Below, in pieces: positions 61,501 to 64,000 of a stretch of 64,000 nt of DNA. Position 1 is the first letter of the stretch; every line of letters begins with the position of its first letter. Location: contig CAYRVX010000006.1 in NCBI GenBank assembly GCA_964427875.1, positions 47,222-111,221 on the forward strand, written 5' to 3'. The translations under genes and the position numbers were made by a program. This stretch comes from an uncultured Planctomycetaceae bacterium (lineage in GTDB: Bacteria > Planctomycetota > Phycisphaerae > SM23-33). The notes beneath the pieces are model-generated. The model was not told where the DNA came from. It saw only the letters and a list, made by a program, of their open reading frames with translations, and made no database searches.

Positions 61501-64000
61501 CGGGGTCGGCGGCCAGCACGCGCAGGTGCTGCTTGTCGAGCAGGTCTTTCCGCTGGACGGTGACGACGCCGTTCTTGTCCGGCCTCAGGTTGGCGAGCAG
61601 GACGGCGCCGTTGGCGAGGAAGTCAAGGTTGGCGAAGTTCGTCGACGGCCGCCGGACGGCGCGGCCGGGGGCGAACCGGACGCTCGGGGCCCGTTTGGCC
61701 GCTTCCCGTGGGCCGCCGATCGTCTCGCCCACCCCACCGCGTGCCCGGCCGGTGTCCGTCTTGCGGATCGACCAGGGGTTCAGGATCAGGCTCGGGCGCT
61801 TGAGCATGTTGCCCGGGAGCTTCCTGGCGTACCGGCGGTCGAGGATGTAGCGGTACTCGTCGCTGATCCGCCGCCCGGCGACGTACAGCGACTGGGGCTT
61901 GGAGACCGGGCCCTCCATTGGCGCCAGCCAGCCGAACGGATGCAGCGAGGCGAACAGGTCGTACTCCGGCATGTAGCGGGCGGCGATCACGTGAACGCGC
62001 GTGAACTTCGTGGCGCCCGCGAGCTGGATCTTCACCGCGTTCTTGTCGGCCGTGACGGCCTTGATCTGGACGACCTTGGCGTCGCGGCGCTCGAGCTTCC
62101 TCGTCGCGGAGACCTGGAAGCCCGCCACGGCCTTGCCGCCGGTGATGCGGATGTCGATCTCCCGGGCGATTCGCTTCAGCACCAGGCGATGATGGCCGGC
62201 CGGCAGGCCGGCGATCTCCAGCATCCCGTTTCGCAGACGCAGCGCCTTGAACCAGTCGGCCACCGGCCCGCCGCCGCGATACTCCAGCAGCGAGAGCTCC
62301 CTGCGCAGCACCCTGTCCACGCCACCGGGAGCGGGCAGCGTCAGCACCTCGCCGACGGTCCCGTGCAGCGTCCGCGGGTAGGTGTTGCGGGCCTCTTGGA
62401 GCACCCAGGTGTGCTTGACTTCCATCTTCGGGCCGTGGGACGTGCCGATCCGCGCGATGTCCTTCAGCGCCCCCAGCAGGATGCGCCCCCTCGCGTCGGT
62501 CTTGAGCGACACGTCCACCGTTCGCTTGAAGTCGCGGTGCTTCAGCCGCAGCGTAACCGGCCGCTCGGAAAGCGGCTCGCCGTTGCGGCCGAGCATCTCC
62601 AGGAGGTACCTCCCGTCGGCCCGCAGCAGGTGCAGGTCGCCCACGGTGGCCGTGGCGTCGATGCCGTTGAGCTGGAAGGTCCCCGAGGCCGACAGGGCGT
62701 CCTCGCGGTTCCTGCTGAGGTTCTTCACCTTCGCCGTCAGGCCAAACGCGATCCGGCTGAGCCGATCCGGCACGCGGAGCTCGTGCGTCGATTCCCGGTC
62801 CTCGAAGAGCTTGAAGTCCTTCACCCGCTGCGTGGTGTTGATGCCGTCGCGGTCCCGGCTGGTAATCGTCAGCTCCACCTCCTTCAGCAGCGACAGCGAG
62901 ATGGGCGTGCCGCCGAGCCGCAGTTGCGGCCGGACGACCAGCTTCGCCTGCCTGCGCCTCAGCAGCGCCTCGCGATCGACGTAGAAACCGCACTGAAAGC
63001 CGTAGCTCTCCGATTGATGGTTGAACGCCGCCAGCGACGCGGCGCCCTTGTGCATCAGCACGATGTCCTGCCGCTTCGGGCTGTTCGTGAACGGCACGGT
63101 GATCGTGCCGTCGTCCTTGTCGGCCGCGTAGAGATGCCCGGCCATCCAGAGCGCGGCGTCGGGCACCTTCGCGCCGGACTCGTCCAGCACGGTGAACTCG
63201 TGACCGGCCGGCGTGGTGCGGACCACGTAGTCGAGCTTGCCCTTGCGGACGAGCGCGCGGCTGCGCTTGCCCGACCCGATGAGCTCGATGACGTACACCC
63301 CGGGCGCCGAGAGGCCGGGAAACTCGAATCGCCTGCGGATGCGGCGGGCCGGCGGGTCCTTGTAGGCGTGCGTCTTCTGCTCGTTGGCGACGAGGCCGTC
63401 GAGGTCCAGGCCGATGGGCACGGCCGCACCCTTCTGCTGGTAGTACTTCAGCGCGTTGATGCGATAGACCTTGACGATCAGCTTGGGCACGTTCTTGACG
63501 TGCACGTCGAGCTTGATCCTCTCGTCGGGCGCGAAGAAGCGGCGGTTCGTGTGGGCGAAGTCCAGGTCCACGCGGCCGGTCAGGGCCTTGTACGCCGCGG
63601 CCGAGAGCATGCGGGCCCACTTCTCCGGGTCGCCGATGCCGTTGAGGATTTTCGTCTCGGCGAAGACCTCCTTGAGGTACGAGTCCTTCAGGTACGTTGC
63701 GTACGGATCGTACGTGTCCTCCTTGAGGAAGAAGTGCGCCAGGTAGCTTCGCACGAGCGGCTCGTCCGTGCCGACCGGCGGCATGAGCGTGTGCGGCTGG
63801 TAGTTGCTGCTCAGCGACGCCGGCCAGTTGCGGTTGGCCTTGCTCGCCAGGAACTCCGGGCGCACGTACGGGACGCGCCGCGGCAGCTTGAGGTACTCCA
63901 TGAACAGGTCCTTGTCCCAGACGCCGCGGGCGCGGTCGAAGGTCAGGCGGTGGTAGAGCACGTGGGCCTTGAGGGAGTTGAAGGCCGGCTCGAGGCCCTT
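58514..64000 (-). CDS. very large (>1828 aa) conserved-looking protein of unknown function, N-terminus beyond the window edge
   Basis: A single uninterrupted frame with good GC3 that is still open at 64000. It has a C-terminal CarboxypepD_reg-like beta-sandwich (AKAYVKVYAQMGRGQVEFYKDGYTDLRGRFDY) and an internal Pro/Ala/Lys linker. No family recognised. Confidence 0.8.
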   Translation of the reverse strand, partial: KGLEPAFNSLKAHVLYHRLTFDRARGVWDKDLFMEYLKLPRRVPYVRPEFLASKANRNWPASLSSNYQPHTLMPPVGTDEPLVRSYLAHFFLKEDTYDPYATYLKDSYLKEVFAETKILNGIGDPEKWARMLSAAAYKALTGRVDLDFAHTNRRFFAPDERIKLDVHVKNVPKLIVKVYRINALKYYQQKGAAVPIGLDLDGLVANEQKTHAYKDPPARRIRRRFEFPGLSAPGVYVIELIGSGKRSRALVRKGKLDYVVRTTPAGHEFTVLDESGAKVPDAALWMAGHLYAADKDDGTITVPFTNSPKRQDIVLMHKGAASLAAFNHQSESYGFQCGFYVDREALLRRRQAKLVVRPQLRLGGTPISLSLLKEVELTITSRDRDGINTTQRVKDFKLFEDRESTHELRVPDRLSRIAFGLTAKVKNLSRNREDALSASGTFQLNGIDATATVGDLHLLRADGRYLLEMLGRNGEPLSERPVTLRLKHRDFKRTVDVSLKTDARGRILLGALKDIARIGTSHGPKMEVKHTWVLQEARNTYPRTLHGTVGEVLTLPAPGGVDRVLRRELSLLEYRGGGPVADWFKALRLRNGMLEIAGLPAGHHRLVLKRIAREIDIRITGGKAVAGFQVSATRKLERRDAKVVQIKAVTADKNAVKIQLAGATKFTRVHVIAARYMPEYDLFASLHPFGWLAPMEGPVSKPQSLYVAGRRISDEYRYILDRRYARKLPGNMLKRPSLILNPWSIRKTDTGRARGGVGETIGGPREAAKRAPSVRFAPGRAVRRPSTNFANLDFLANGAVLLANLRPDKNGVVTVQRKDLLDKQHLRVLAADPENTAVRELTLPEAKAALRDLRLDDTAALDPKKHYTQQKKITVAPKGKPFVLRDVTTTRFETFDSLAKVYRLYTTLSRNANLREFAFVLQWPKLKDEEKRAKYSKYACHELHFFLYRKDPQFFRRVVLPYLKNKKDKTFLDHWLCGEDLGEYLKPWRHAQLNIVERILLGRRLAAERPHTARHVKDLHDLLPPDVDRYNRLFDTALGLSGLRPVWGKLGGRRPGEDRDKGSVLSDMELREMAERATESAKARTGLATLARGARPAAKPKAPPKPAPAPAPPLVPATRAEKYYDARKTARGRARQFYRMLGQVQEWVESNYYHLPIQQANASLITVNAFWHDYAAFDGKGEFFSTNFAEASRSFPEMMFALAVLDLPFEAPKHKAAVKANSMTITPGEAAVVFHEEINQTRAVPKVMPILVSQNYYRHGSRYRHVGGEKLDNFVTDEFLLGEVYGCHVVVTNPTSSRRKLQVLTQVPRGAVPVSSGKYTRTFYIVLEPYRTQTFDSFFYFPAAGGFDHYPVHVARRGELVAFARPATLKVVSQLTKVDKTSWDFVSQNGGRDEVLAYLRDNNVNRLDLGLIAWRARDKAFFKAVVELLARRHVYNQTLWSYGIKHNDPPAVREYLKHSGSFVGQCGRTLDSPLLTIDPVVRKTYQHIEYWPLVNARAHAFGARRKILVQRFHGQYHELMNVLRYRNDLADEDLMAVTCYLLLQDRVEEAIGLFRRVNPANLPTRLQHDYFTAYLDFFNDKPGAAGKIAARYADHPVERWRNLFAAVLTQLDEIAGKAPKVLDKKDRDEVQTDLAATEKTFEFTVEAKKITLNYQNLDAATVNYYLMDIELMFSRQPFVADRGGQFAYIQPNRTQEVKLPAEKKTLTIDLPAELHNRNVMVEIVAGGKTRSAAYYSHSLVVQMMENYGQLRVAHDETGKPLAKAYVKVYAQMGRGQVEFYKDGYTDLRGRFDYTSLNTGQLGGVGKFAVLILSEKHGSTVREAKPPKR

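Overview
This is a 64 kb GC-rich segment. Sampled 60-nt lines are mostly about 65-70% GC by eye. It contains no rRNA, tRNA or CRISPR that I could recognise. The gene content points to a Planctomycetota/PVC-type chromosome, though that is inference only: Tat-signal sulfatases, sialate O-acetylesterases, a pectate-lyase-like protein, an exported 14-blade WD40 protein, an ECF sigma/anti-sigma pair, and 'GCACGGGC...GCCCGTGC' and 'GCCCTGGGCTA' palindromic junk repeats. The dominant feature (about 1.8-15.0 kb, + strand) is a tightly packed operon of 14 genes. It combines hdrC-hdrB, a split hdrA whose two halves are fused to NuoE-like and [2Fe-2S]/[4Fe-4S] modules, HndB- and NuoF/HndC-like subunits, a four-gene DRTGG/CBS/GHKL-ATPase/PHP sensory cassette, MvhD, a group-3-type [NiFe] hydrogenase small and large subunit, and its maturation protease. 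The rest of the window mixes three kinds of content. Housekeeping genes include polyprenyl synthase, ispH, tyrA, malic enzyme, accA, phoH and a pgpH-like gene. Glycan-degradation genes include two sulfatases, two SASA esterases, a DUF5060 glycosidase and a pectate-lyase-like protein. Small accessory islets are also present. These are an MNT antitoxin with a decayed HEPN toxin next to a SWIM-SNF2 helicase, and a lower-GC three-gene operon (GNAT, 93-aa protein, ImmA/IrrE peptidase fusion) linked by ATGA overlaps. Further islets are a REP-type tyrosine transposase (RAYT) flanked by inverted repeats, an intact IS5-family element with a programmed -1 frameshift, a decayed DegT aminotransferase, a likely frameshifted membrane protein and clusters of nested palindromes. 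A protein of more than 1828 aa and unknown function runs off the 3' edge. All calls come from reading the translations and the DNA by eye. No database search was run, so family names are recognitions from motifs, not hits.
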